Positions 38,201 to 46,989 of a stretch of 64,000 nucleotides of DNA are shown here, piece by piece. The DNA lies in the IMG/VR virus record IMGVR_UViG_3300025131_008220, positions 19,920 through 83,919 of that record; one strand, written 5' to 3'. Origin of the DNA: a virus. Positions within the stretch are counted from its first letter, which is position 1. Each line of letters begins with the position of its first letter. A program made the translations under genes and the position numbers. The notes under the pieces are model-generated. The model was not told the origin of the DNA. It saw only the letters and a program-made list of their open reading frames with translations, and did no database searches.

Positions 38201-41200
38201 ACTTAAATAAAATCTATAGCCAGATACAGAATGGTACAAGCCGTCGTCTTCGTCTTCTTTCAAACTACCGTAAAGGGAGTAGGCAGTATTAGTCGTTGAT
38301 AAGTCAGCATTAGATATAACTAACATAGCGTTAGCGTTAACCACCACAGAAGCCGTTCTAGAGAAGTTCCTTGCCGTTATAGGCATGTTGGTCATGTTAA
38401 CAACAGCAACCTGCTTTAAATTAGTATAAGCGTCAGGCAATATTATTTCTCTATCTTCATTATATTCTTCGTCTTCGTTTGGAGTATAAAATACAAAGTT
38501 TAACGCTTGCTTAGTTCCCCCTGCAGGGGTATACGTGAATTGACTTTGAGCGTTATCTATTCCTAGATTTGCTCTATCTGGAATATGTATTTCGTTTTTA
38601 GGGTAGTATATAACATCTCTATTTGCTACGCTTTGGTCTTGCAAAGTGAAAGCGCCATTACCGTCATGTTTGTAGGCTCTATTTTTAAGTAAAGTATCAG
38701 TGCTGCTATCTTGTGTGTTTTTAATGGTAACTGAATCTAAACCGCCATTAATAAAATAATCATTATCAAAGTCATTGTCTGTTAAAGCAGCTTGAGCAGT
38801 AAACACTCCACTTGTTATAATTTGATTTTTACTAGCTGCCGCAGCTGTTGCTTTATTTATATCCAAACTATCAACTGAGCCATCTAAACCAATCAAAGTA
38901 TGGACCCCAGAGAAAGCTAGACCTCCTTGAGTATAAGAGCCGTCAGAGGCACTGAATAGCTCCACAGACTCTTTGTTGCCTAAAGAGCTGACAATAGTAG
39001 AGTCGTCAGAGTAAGCTTTTATATTTTGAGAACCGCCTAAGTTTATTATTGAAACCTTACCATAGTCTAAGGCATCTGTATAAAAGGTCTCTGAGAAGAA
39101 TGTATAGTCAGAAACACTGGCATAAGTAACTGGGACAGATAGAGCCTTATCTGAGTATAAAAGGAACTCGTTTTCATTTACTACTTTGACAAACAAAGTT
39201 TGAGTCATTAAGTCTGCTTCGTCTACGTCTGCATCCAGAGCCGAGCCAGCAGCAAAAGTAAAAGGTATAGAATTTGATGTAGTCTTTGCAGTAGCGGCGC
39301 TGAGACCATTAGAGTATAAGTCGTATATATTTCCAGCCCCTACAGGAGTTCCCCCCGACTCCTTGTTAGAACCCACTCCAATCCTTATAAACATTTTCCC
39401 AGCTTCTAATGGCCCATTCGTATCCCACTGAAAAGTGTAATAATACTCATTAAAAGTACCAATTAAAGGCTCCGGTATAGTAAAATAGTCCTCGACCAAG
39501 TACCTATAGCTTCCATCGGTCCCATTGTCTACATATCGAAAATATGTATCTGATTGAGTGTCATAAACCAATAAAGTATCCCCTTCTGCTATGCTGTGAG
39601 AGCCTATAGTTCCATTAAAAGTATCCTTCGCTGAGTCCCAATCAGAAGTTTCAAAATAATAATCAACCAAAGTCAACCTATCGCACGGGAAGACCATTTT
39701 ATGATTTGTAACAAGACCATGATTACTTAAATTAAACTTATTGCTCCCAGTAAGAGAAACCTTAGAGAGCTGGAATGCCTCACCTTCTGATGCTGGCGCA
39801 TATTTATTAACCTTACCCTCGGAAAAGAAAGATCGCAAGGCCACGTTACTTAAAGAGCCGTCAAGAACAAGAAAGTCCTCATCACTCAAAGCAGGGGAAG
39901 AGAAGCTTTCAATAGGGGTGGTTCGAAAGTTATCGTAGTTAGTAGCAATCTCTACGTCTTCGTCTTCAAAATAATCATAAGTTGACGCGCTAAAACCCTC
40001 CAAGGAGTCCATGGTAACGCTAGTTATATCACTGTTATCACTTATAGCCGCAGCTGGGTACAATACGTTCGACAGGCTTTCGGCCGCGTTTACAAACGTT
40101 AAAGCAAAGCCCCTGTTGTAGTCAAAATCAGTTAGGTTTGTCTTCAAAGTAGGTAGCTCGACAGCAAATTCTTCATTTCTACTTATCAAAACTCTTTCTT
40201 TTGCATCACTTGGTTGATTAAACTTATATTTATTAGAATTTTTATTCTGTGGGTCGGCCCCAATAAACTCTACATAGAACTTGTTTTCTCCCCCTGATCC
40301 TTGCCCTATGATATGCGAGCTTTTACCAACCCTCACCAAGTCTTTATTAGATAAATTATCTACTACATACCTATGGAAACCCGAGTCCTCTTGGTCATTA
40401 AATTTATATACATTGTCTTCTGACTCTAGGTCATACGCCAAGGTAGTGCTAGGATGAGCAGAGATAAAGAAAAACTCAAAGTTAGTTGGGTAAGTGTCTT
40501 TTTTAAATTTAAGTTGTATTTTTTCTGAAGAGCCAGAGTAGGAAAAGATTTTTCCGTGTGACCGAGAGTCTATTATAATCTGAGAACCAGTTATAGCACT
40601 TATGTTAGTAAAGGACCACCCATAGGATTTCTTTTCCACCCTTACTCCAATAACACCCGGGGGAGCGCTATACTCTAGATGGCCGTCAATAAAAATTCTC
40701 ATTGTAGGGGTCCTTTCGTCCCTTAGAAAATCAAAGCTTATATCGTTAACCTGAGATCTTACGACGCTGAAATTAAAACCCTCGGTAGTGCTATCAGAAT
40801 TTACTCTAACATCCACATCCTCATTATGAATAAATACCTCTTTATTGTCTGATGACTTTACATTTAATTGATTATATCTGATCACCTCTATGTTGCTAGT
40901 TGACCAGTTTCGTATAGTTTTTCCCCCGGACTCAGACTTAGAACAAGTAAATTTTCTAGTAGTTTGCCTAGGTATATAGTCAACTGATTTTGAATCTATT
41001 TTATAGCCCGACTCAGATACAACCTTTATCTCGTCATCTGTAGCGTTTAAAAACGATACATGCTCGCCTCCTGCAAAGCCGCTAGGCAATACAAGAGTGG
41101 AGTTAGTATCTATAACGCCTGTTATGTCGACATCGTTTTCGGTTAATACTATCTTGTCATGATCAATAACTATAACACCAGAATCAATATGATTGAGCCT

Positions 41201-44200
41201 CTGGGCAGACGCATTGTAAGACACTCCAGACAAAGACCCTAGGCCATCACGGCCAGCTATACCATCAACCAATGAGCAATCCCCAGTAGAAATATTTACC
41301 AAAGTGCACGCGCTATCTATATTTGAGTTTGATACAGAAACCTTGCTTACGTCCTCCACTAAGACCAGACTTTCATCAATGTCTTGTCCTACTTTGGCAT
41401 CTGGCAGAACTGTAATAACGCCAGAGACTTCGTCCCCAGATGAATCAAAAGAGCCATCAGAATCAACTCTAATGGTTCTTGCTTTTTCTGTACTAGAAGT
41501 AAGAGCCGGTGAAGAGTAAGCCGCGTCTGGGCTATCAAACAACTTAACAGTTGAGGAACCAATATTTACAATATCAAAATGATAATTGTTCCCAATAAAT
41601 ATGCCGCTAGCATTTGTACCAGAAACTAAAAAGGTCTTACCTATATCATCAGCAGTAACAGTAAATTCGCCAGTCATCACAGGGGAATTTAAGAAGTCGT
41701 AAGCTGGCTTATAGGAAACACCACTGACCCCTGTCTCAATAGACGAGTCTGATAGGCCCGTAGTAAAGGACGAGCAAGTAAAATTGATAAGAGACTCGCT
41801 AGGAGCAGTATCGTTCGCTGTATATATATCAAAATTTTCTAGCTCGTCTAAATGGCTACCTGTTATAGAAGGGTCATAGAGGACCTTCGTCTGCCTCGCA
41901 TCTAAGATTACATTTTCTCCAGTCTTAATTGAACCATGAGATTTCTCGACTCTATTTATTGAAAGACCACTAGGCTTAGGCCCTATAACACTTTTTACAG
42001 TCTCTAAAGAACTAACGCTGCCTCCGTATACCCTCAGGCCGGTCATACCCGCAACCTCATACGGTTTTCTATCTTCTATGTCAGTATAAGTAACCGTAGA
42101 AGTTTTGTCTAGAGCCATAGTTACATTCTCTACTTTAAGCGTGTCACTAACATCGCTGCTAAATAATATACTCTCGTTAGGGTCTTTATATACTACATAT
42201 GTGGTATCAGAGTCTAAATGAACAGCTACTTGGTTAGCTTGGTCATAAACAGAGTAGTGTTGAGAATCTAAAGGCGAATCAATAGCGCCCTCCATCTGCC
42301 CTTTGTCGCCAGCGGCTTTCTGCGTTAAGTCTAGAAGGGTACCAGAAGTAGGTATAGTCACCTCCATGGGCAATAAATTAACCTTTTTTAGCACCTGTGT
42401 ATTAAGAGAGCCATCGGAGATAGATATATTCTGCTTTTTCTTTATTCTAATCTCTATATCCTCAGGCTTATACTTATCCGTTATGTCGGTTTTTATTATT
42501 AAAGTCGGCAGCAGCGTAACATTATCTATGTTGTCGAAAGAGTTTGGTCTTAACCCTTCTAAATCATTATAAAACATTGGATAGCCTACATGGCTTTCTG
42601 TAGAATCTACATCTGTCCAATTAGAACCTTCATCAATTGAATATTGGAGTTGATAGTCCCAACCAGATTGAGATCCCCTTGATTCTTTATGCCCAACATC
42701 GCCGACAACAACAGCGTGTTTTGTATAAAGCCTATAAACATATCTAGTTATCCTGAGCCTAGAGGCGCTAGAGTAGGACGCGCTGTCACTAGATACAAGC
42801 GGAATTGTAGACGTATCTTCTCCGCCCTTTTTAGCGAAGCGCATAGACCTCATACTTTTACCTCTATCTAGGAACTCATACAGATAAGGAGCCCTTCCTT
42901 TATTAAAGTTATCTGTACTACGAGCCTCATCCCTAACGTTGAAAAAATAATTATCCAATACGATTCCGTCAAAAGCTGAGATGTTACCGCTAGAGTCTCT
43001 GAATATAGGCCTACCTTCATAGTTTTTATTTATATGGGGGTTATTAGGCGCTCTATAGGCGTAGCCCTGCAGATAATTAACTAAAGCCCTCGTCCTTGAA
43101 TCTGTCTCAAGTTTTCCATATTCGTTGGTGCCCTCAGCCAGAGCATCTTGCAGCCATTCATATGCATGAAAAGTGGTCTCATCAGACATATCAGCTATAT
43201 GATCCAGATAGTTGTCAGGAGGACCAACGTTATCAAACTGATTCCTGTTAATGATCCAGTCATTTTTAGCAGACTTTGCTCTATTGTATTTTAATTTTAA
43301 AACTCTGTACCTTATCTTTCCGCTATCTACTTTAAAGTCAGTCTTAGAGTCGTCTGTTGTCTTCCCCTTATGCAAAGATTTTCCAACATAGAACCTTACT
43401 TGATAAAGCTCAGCATTCAGCCCTTTTCCTATTGTTAAGGCCTTAGTAGAATCAAAAGAGTAGTCGTCGTAACCGCATTCTATATATTTGAATTTCTCAT
43501 TAGTTTTAGCATCTGTTTTTAAAACTTGAGCTTCTCCATCTACATATAAACACAATCTATATTCATCCTTACCGGACTTAACTTTAGCTAACGCTATATG
43601 CTTCCAGCTAGATGTAGCTCCAATATCATGATCCCCTATGACAACTCCAAACGAGTCCCCCTTAAGCCTGACTGTCAACTTAGCAGAGCTGGGAGTTGAG
43701 GCGTCTATGGATAATTTTATTCCATTTTCTCTCTCAAATATAGTCCCAGTCTCAGATGCCGCCTTTATCCAAAACTCTAAAGAAAACTCTCCGTTCTGTA
43801 TATTAAAAGATCTATGAGAAGGGATAGATAAGTACTGATCATCTTCACCGGGAAAACTAAAAGCTTTTATATCATCATCACCATCCCCATCCCAATCTTC
43901 ATCTATTAAAGCAATGGCTCCTGCTGATTCCGGATTCTTATTTATGGAGTGCTCTGTTTTTGATGCATCATAAATTCTGTCTGTAGTAGTGTTATCTATG
44001 CCACCTGTGCTTTTAAGTACTAAGCTGTCTGGAGATTCATTAGACAATCCTATTCCTTCGTAGTCGTCTACTATAGCTCCCGGAGCCCATTCCACAACCC
44101 TAATTTCAGTGTCCTCTGTTTTATTTGTTATTAAGGTGTCGTGAGTCAACCCAACAGTAATGTTGCCAGTATCATCTCCATGGGCGTCTACAGCATAGGA

Positions 44201-46963
44201 CAAAGTAGTCCAATCTGAAATAGAGTCCGGCCTAACCTGAACCTCATAATAAACATTTCTATCCCGAGGGGTAAAAGTCATAGGCAGCTGTGAATCACTA
44301 GTTAAGCTTCCTGTGCTTATATTATGCCCGGCAGCATGAGCATCGTCATAACCAGAGTTCATTAAAATAGAAAAACCCTCATCTTTATTAGGGCTGTAAC
44401 CGGGGTCAGATAAGGAGCATCTATAAGAGCCGGGAGTATAAGACCTTTCACTACTTACATTTTTGACCTGAAAGTCGTCGATGATGCTTTGCTCACTATT
44501 AACGTAAGTAAACTCCTCCGCTATAGTAGGTTGGTAATTATAATAATCAAAATCCTTGTAAGGGAATTCCGTATTATTATGATATACCTGAGTAAGATAT
44601 AATTTTTCCTCACCCACAGCCTCAGGATTTGGGGTGTTAGGGCTCACAGACAAAGGGCTAAATGTTAAGTCTTCCTCATCAGATCTTCTACTTGGTGAAG
44701 ATGTATTAGCCTGCGTCCTAACATCAGAATCTATATAAATATCTCTTTCTAAATAATAAACTTTTCCATCTTCAATAAATTGCTTTAAAGGTTCTATACT
44801 TTGTTTCTGGCCTGTAGCTAATATAGTCTGCGAGGCTACATAATTCTTTTCAAAAAATAAATTACTTCTTTCCTGAAATTGAAGCTTATTGTTTTTAAAA
44901 TTTGATAATTTTATTGATCCATCTGAGGAATCTATATTTAATATACTAGCATTTTTATACGTAGGAATACTTTTATGCCCGTGCGGGGCCGCGGCTAGAT
45001 CTAGTAGGTATTTTGGGTCTCTACTGTCGGTCACGTCAGGCAAATCTGTAGACGAGTCACCTAAACACAATTCTTGCTTATTTATTCTAACCTCTCTTTC
45101 TTTATTATAAATAAACTCGTCGGTTCTTTCGTGTTGGCTTTCGCTATAATAATTGTTAAAGCTTCTAAATTCGGCAAGAGTATAGTGAGAATCTATATCG
45201 TCGCTCTGCTCTCCATGAAAAAATGTCCTCCTATTCTCTCCCGCAGAGTCGAACTCCAAGTAGGCGTCAGAAAATAACGTAGAATAGCCTCCTTTAGGAA
45301 CTACTAGATACTTTTCTCCAGAAGTAAAATAGGAATAGCCAACCCCACTATGTATTTTATCCGGTATGATTTCTGGTTCTATTTTTCCAGTAATGCCTAT
45401 CTGATAAGATCCTCCTATATTAGAAATGTCAAGTTCCATAGAAGCCTCCCTTAGTGCACCTTTTTCTTCAGGTATAATACTTGGCGTGCCACCAAAAATA
45501 TTCGAAGACACAGGGTTATAGACTCCTCCCTTTTGACCTGTATTGTAAAATACCTCATCACCAACGGAAATGTTACTCGCGTCGCTTGAACTTACCTTCT
45601 CGTAGTGAAGCTTTTGATTATCTTTTACATTTGGTAAGAGTTGGTATTCTAACTGATAAAAATTCTTTTCGTTATTTGCTCCTGTAATGGATCCGCTGAC
45701 ACCCGTTGAATAAGGATTAAAATGTATATCTATTGAAGCATATTGATCATACTGCCTAGGGTAAGACTCCTTATAAGTCGACCTCTGCGCCACTTTTATA
45801 TTTTCCCCACTCCTGAAAACCAATTCATCTGTCTTTTCTCTATTCGAGTGCGTAATTCCTACAGTGGACTTGCCCCAATCTTCTACTATAGGCACCTCAA
45901 AATAATCTCTACCATCGGAGTGGTTACCTGTCGGCTCGACAACATCATAAACGCCACTTACCTCAAAGTTTACATTAGTGTCTATGTAATCACTTAGGTT
46001 CTCTTCGTCTTTATAAGGAAAGCTTACGTTATGTTGTATGTTTTCCCATTCAGCCACATTACTTGTGTTATTGTGACTTTTTCTTGTGATCTTTCTTTCT
46101 AAGCTAAAACTTTTTGACGGGTCAACTCTTACGTTGATAGTTCTGTCTCTAGTTAATTCGCTTTCAGAAGAGGGCGGCTTAACTAATACTCCACTGTCTA
46201 TTATTTTATAGGAAGTGAAAAGCTCATTTTGAAAAGATTCATATCCTGTATAATGTGTTGCACCGTCAGGACTAGACGTAGGCCTCCACGGATAGAACTC
46301 GTCTGAGCCTTGGGTAGCTTCACCTCTATAAACATTATCTAAATGATTATTATTATCAGTAAACCCGATAGCTTTAGCGGAACCTCCGTCTATTGAAGCT
46401 CTAATATCATTATTAGAAAAGCCAGTTATAGGGTACCAACCTGACACTGACTCCATTAACTTCGCGTTTCTACTGCTACCTTTATTGACCGAAGTAGTCT
46501 TCCTGTATACTACGTATCCTTTATCAGATTTTGATAAGTCTACTGGAAAAACTACAGTAGGCGGATGACTCTTGACATAATTTAAATCATTTAAGTTTTT
46601 AGAAGTTACTTCGTATTCCTTGCCATCATTTATTAATTTACATTTTTCAAGAAACAGAAGAGTTTTGGGAACCCTACCGTCATAGAAGGTGCTTGGTAGA
46701 TTTAAACCATTGATATTAATATCTGAATGTACTAAATCATCTATTAATATTTCTTGTTCTCCAAAATATCTGCCAGAAGTGAGTACCCTAGCGCTATATT
46801 GCTCATCAGTCTCCTCAGTAAGACGAGGAGCCTCTGAAATATAAGGCTCAAATTCGGTTAAGCCTGCTAACCTTAGCCGATAATTATAATTTGGATAGCC
46901 TTTGATAGCGTCTTCCCCAAAGATCGTTTCAATAAAAGTAATATTGCTACTATTTTCTGGCAT
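29210..46963 (-). CDS. Giant 5917-aa putative virion/tail-fibre protein with LamG-like domain
   Basis: Uninterrupted ORF, acidic and S/T/N/D-rich; LamG-like FSLEFWIK...WKHIAL...LYVDG (~43380-43860); repeated beta modules; SGDNY/AGTGY motifs near the C-terminus. Confidence 0.7.
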   Translation of the reverse strand: MPENSSNITFIETIFGEDAIKGYPNYNYRLRLAGLTEFEPYISEAPRLTEETDEQYSARVLTSGRYFGEQEILIDDLVHSDININGLNLPSTFYDGRVPKTLLFLEKCKLINDGKEYEVTSKNLNDLNYVKSHPPTVVFPVDLSKSDKGYVVYRKTTSVNKGSSRNAKLMESVSGWYPITGFSNNDIRASIDGGSAKAIGFTDNNNHLDNVYRGEATQGSDEFYPWRPTSSPDGATHYTGYESFQNELFTSYKIIDSGVLVKPPSSESELTRDRTINVRVDPSKSFSLERKITRKSHNNTSNVAEWENIQHNVSFPYKDEENLSDYIDTNVNFEVSGVYDVVEPTGNHSDGRDYFEVPIVEDWGKSTVGITHSNREKTDELVFRSGENIKVAQRSTYKESYPRQYDQYASIDIHFNPYSTGVSGSITGANNEKNFYQLEYQLLPNVKDNQKLHYEKVSSSDASNISVGDEVFYNTGQKGGVYNPVSSNIFGGTPSIIPEEKGALREASMELDISNIGGSYQIGITGKIEPEIIPDKIHSGVGYSYFTSGEKYLVVPKGGYSTLFSDAYLEFDSAGENRRTFFHGEQSDDIDSHYTLAEFRSFNNYYSESQHERTDEFIYNKEREVRINKQELCLGDSSTDLPDVTDSRDPKYLLDLAAAPHGHKSIPTYKNASILNIDSSDGSIKLSNFKNNKLQFQERSNLFFEKNYVASQTILATGQKQSIEPLKQFIEDGKVYYLERDIYIDSDVRTQANTSSPSRRSDEEDLTFSPLSVSPNTPNPEAVGEEKLYLTQVYHNNTEFPYKDFDYYNYQPTIAEEFTYVNSEQSIIDDFQVKNVSSERSYTPGSYRCSLSDPGYSPNKDEGFSILMNSGYDDAHAAGHNISTGSLTSDSQLPMTFTPRDRNVYYEVQVRPDSISDWTTLSYAVDAHGDDTGNITVGLTHDTLITNKTEDTEIRVVEWAPGAIVDDYEGIGLSNESPDSLVLKSTGGIDNTTTDRIYDASKTEHSINKNPESAGAIALIDEDWDGDGDDDIKAFSFPGEDDQYLSIPSHRSFNIQNGEFSLEFWIKAASETGTIFERENGIKLSIDASTPSSAKLTVRLKGDSFGVVIGDHDIGATSSWKHIALAKVKSGKDEYRLCLYVDGEAQVLKTDAKTNEKFKYIECGYDDYSFDSTKALTIGKGLNAELYQVRFYVGKSLHKGKTTDDSKTDFKVDSGKIRYRVLKLKYNRAKSAKNDWIINRNQFDNVGPPDNYLDHIADMSDETTFHAYEWLQDALAEGTNEYGKLETDSRTRALVNYLQGYAYRAPNNPHINKNYEGRPIFRDSSGNISAFDGIVLDNYFFNVRDEARSTDNFNKGRAPYLYEFLDRGKSMRSMRFAKKGGEDTSTIPLVSSDSASYSSASRLRITRYVYRLYTKHAVVVGDVGHKESRGSQSGWDYQLQYSIDEGSNWTDVDSTESHVGYPMFYNDLEGLRPNSFDNIDNVTLLPTLIIKTDITDKYKPEDIEIRIKKKQNISISDGSLNTQVLKKVNLLPMEVTIPTSGTLLDLTQKAAGDKGQMEGAIDSPLDSQHYSVYDQANQVAVHLDSDTTYVVYKDPNESILFSSDVSDTLKVENVTMALDKTSTVTYTDIEDRKPYEVAGMTGLRVYGGSVSSLETVKSVIGPKPSGLSINRVEKSHGSIKTGENVILDARQTKVLYDPSITGSHLDELENFDIYTANDTAPSESLINFTCSSFTTGLSDSSIETGVSGVSYKPAYDFLNSPVMTGEFTVTADDIGKTFLVSGTNASGIFIGNNYHFDIVNIGSSTVKLFDSPDAAYSSPALTSSTEKARTIRVDSDGSFDSSGDEVSGVITVLPDAKVGQDIDESLVLVEDVSKVSVSNSNIDSACTLVNISTGDCSLVDGIAGRDGLGSLSGVSYNASAQRLNHIDSGVIVIDHDKIVLTENDVDITGVIDTNSTLVLPSGFAGGEHVSFLNATDDEIKVVSESGYKIDSKSVDYIPRQTTRKFTCSKSESGGKTIRNWSTSNIEVIRYNQLNVKSSDNKEVFIHNEDVDVRVNSDSTTEGFNFSVVRSQVNDISFDFLRDERTPTMRIFIDGHLEYSAPPGVIGVRVEKKSYGWSFTNISAITGSQIIIDSRSHGKIFSYSGSSEKIQLKFKKDTYPTNFEFFFISAHPSTTLAYDLESEDNVYKFNDQEDSGFHRYVVDNLSNKDLVRVGKSSHIIGQGSGGENKFYVEFIGADPQNKNSNKYKFNQPSDAKERVLISRNEEFAVELPTLKTNLTDFDYNRGFALTFVNAAESLSNVLYPAAAISDNSDITSVTMDSLEGFSASTYDYFEDEDVEIATNYDNFRTTPIESFSSPALSDEDFLVLDGSLSNVALRSFFSEGKVNKYAPASEGEAFQLSKVSLTGSNKFNLSNHGLVTNHKMVFPCDRLTLVDYYFETSDWDSAKDTFNGTIGSHSIAEGDTLLVYDTQSDTYFRYVDNGTDGSYRYLVEDYFTIPEPLIGTFNEYYYTFQWDTNGPLEAGKMFIRIGVGSNKESGGTPVGAGNIYDLYSNGLSAATAKTTSNSIPFTFAAGSALDADVDEADLMTQTLFVKVVNENEFLLYSDKALSVPVTYASVSDYTFFSETFYTDALDYGKVSIINLGGSQNIKAYSDDSTIVSSLGNKESVELFSASDGSYTQGGLAFSGVHTLIGLDGSVDSLDINKATAAAASKNQIITSGVFTAQAALTDNDFDNDYFINGGLDSVTIKNTQDSSTDTLLKNRAYKHDGNGAFTLQDQSVANRDVIYYPKNEIHIPDRANLGIDNAQSQFTYTPAGGTKQALNFVFYTPNEDEEYNEDREIILPDAYTNLKQVAVVNMTNMPITARNFSRTASVVVNANAMLVISNADLSTTNTAYSLYGSLKEDEDDGLYHSVSGYRFYLSSDSVIVSDGKLYRNYEKTKSKRDRYSISREGDIILDYDTHNGKKIVVDSQPNFLRPYLYKADGSGHYLNGTGENQIFRPISASEYFNFQIANISTSSLLISVEGDDNSYNPGIVSDLNEESELYRDGKLHPMVAYSVELDNFSVYPDDNPYYFRHISAVDDEQSVFNINHSSTSLDSSIDYHVFGKQLSLSLYVYYDKITSSDAEEINLKSLVEEAYTLSKNEEIDLTSDSEYYKIVGFGAENVSNINIINTVYENIKISSVVAVDAGSNNLSDDKKNSIAAKILSYFPEETEEEGYYLLSLDGDADFGIGSPYISQTDTANYLNKNKVLSLGIQDVMTSELGSFTGPFGFFFDDENKMQPLANEYNPYQITLNDTKDENGKIGSNVRLLKEKSVSLDIGVAEGSTFKHVFADQQNISLPSRQDMLELNNIYFTVVNASRNSSVLSCPEGASVFANATIAAGAAKKIKYSDGAFSDVTGDDDGVEVVTLSNAIFSSDSGVFITSKQNSVSGALAIHKDVGSIKIINNSKSPFHVKNYNASKTIEGASTYAIPAYAYCDFKVDSSENYIIDSDNRNVKLHTLKDGAVEISASIHKDKVVLFDAENVKAFNVTDDAYFTTTFVPLIIWSSVDSKLQRGGFTPDLSRLKKWSTNYALYNKYDDRIDISHSKPVKFDPSLSSKMEIKIPVCNMFEFILDESVKDKVVLSNRYYDYIFKHDQRTEFCLYNKDRSPVNLRKLDSNDNNFKDMGGDENDYEVDLLTGSTKCKIMISCAQEGTGDPTVTELQSYTEVAKGGDAAFEETTLYKNFYLNKPFYDGKIVIFKDPFDIIYSAKKDNTLIGNISNSQCRIFENKLRIEDFESDGVGSLPANKSMRALMVDDLTEDELEGRQIDMLRPKHFISTKNKVTVITQPADIEYTGTVDGLKIINASSKAVNITAGGKINKIYSSEKTAFTNSEELDYNLCPRFNRRDWFISLKDVHIPHLQKDPNYFNEEEQNAEWIIKKKESFNVNYVGTRYKFSNIFRTNLHWPSPPFIESDGLSGYESISNFDNPYKFGVVLYGDKKDSASSLLDYGIERKEIYYDKDSSDYILNGLKISWDMPARTIGYSISTGHERICYSKEFNERTGLVTVSGIESGKYYILEDFDGYYQIGDETVPVKYDFAPTAVRGAPGGTAYGSHKYTDVVSKEFFPVIWYNGKSYWPGEKFIGVAGKENYQIHYNYFAVVKASLFKAEGVDESDLAIKDIVEKETEALNEEIANKTEDDDYVDPTWTKVSEDYQKENFLNGRISNKVANGASYELIQGKKLKDIEGAFKKDYFEFKIPKDPDLDFSESFSDVTWTNKDNSTDKDYVLRVKFEDNKIDSPGYEYEIKSSLSFTNNTGKVVLSISLGARDSLPFVADGTISSLNLDFNTNEGQEYAMREGGGTHDSGITKTLAIAERDRRKSLKNHQGYSFIPFGINGGDTREQLGLSYNTSKGKQAYKAIRLRLKKLTERKLVFENLKKDYQIGSYLTNESETAGLKYYLDTEVSSISYHDIYRPGGVLRFSGENRNWRTIGATSSDKGDAYLSSNQLVIRGAISNGDAIVFKNSKGSIVGGKPYFARVTSQATSGNETKNTITLLKIFSSDSNLDSFNKVDADIEDTVSSADPNNELPGQVFKVVNYFDLETEDDGTYRSVKSCLGDDSVYGQPDSDSPVTSLNSPIVIGSRTFYLEPPLSEISSERVDSWATNNVLDGNKIRANLELSTAAKHWHGETYGGLGYGTVTGLDPDYTAIPASHWTSESFNIFSSWKNLLYRSNTQIERVSYTNSDSDKTVTLNIKLNTKQGYRYIYKKSSDIKSITLNGSVIFNEDDPLLNLSTSGVIFNTNEDLKVVLNYDVAEDTPETLGPEARTSKSVGAAGNFLRNKVFENLCIVEEADCIIDYPAETDGDNGEDLVGSPYFDYQIPMLNKGFRDQFKQVYESYDTEGHASLLSNSQKGEQLTASGLSRLDEHVAPISSSKDFTADLFFDMGMPAVCKYIYPYVNVAPGRSSLDFHITDFWDGFADGFGGLEEKQRTKPVRIRYDLENSSDGVSWSSVEEGLSHKGNKFSIEREGIDASKKYRIVITGVDISYKDKDSQELWQSKEKQISPMRLPFKWRSIIYDSDLSGDGVLNEEIDLYQHSLSMVENPDIKKSVSFPESGLVKFGTFDFKKHNRNVDLTLPCSRLYMFNLEHNMRANYKDPINRGGISKVMISDSGDNYRTPPTISIAEPDKKPSHFRKAQASSIIENGKLKFIEVINAGTGYADVDGLKTVKVEQYRSDVTPIIIHNLKIANLAGSPNKERGLDRISITDVPGLQLYKATITGNESSLPKEEQEEFGLTYEDTEKIADYTEYEELSESVNRGSVDFMKGSSEDDKEWGDIQAQADRIIKIKNFATSSIEQIKGSQNYGRSMPDEISEIKGTENEYVDGLFQEDQTDSSSVSNRSVEVKYQPGSDKPFIQYEVYPDVDPGEAWALANNSSIVEYRVVNNEIASKTTPWISSFSREDNPSLPQSFGILPGAAITAEVFNTYARAVNFMHKIRVEAPLYAKVRRFSQVEYRYINNPDMAGLTFPNLDSAGDADSSWGMGDDEYDYLTYENKSRINYIVYLDPDSNEVKVAHFSAFESDGGNSGDLKNITDYDADLGSPIWEDVDEELRDTPEAKKFKKDEDDPRTPKSIGLPNNVNIPKKLGVYCNPPMEYGDHPIKTEGLPLPTPINRRAYAYGGELVYKSEVFDVSSELWPLRPPVKDSSLGNSTVDGTQFDPVEGGVLVDIRGSEYIRAGYSNQIVFGCQTRDKPFLSAFLRTVKVWTEYEVVASPDFTRSLPVGLKEKYRPEESKLRCSLVEGRSTCEETKIGEVYKRNGRHSLCEGGASSTYNVTHSYEDLFDLSEGDDVIGPQETYAESSSIVQVPAKGTFKVEPEFDLAMAVYGANEYLYAVRKGIKGYGKTAYMGPCIHYCYPGQIKTLKVSNDPLVFDLKK

Positions 46964-46989
46964 AACCTTAAACCTTACATAATATTACA

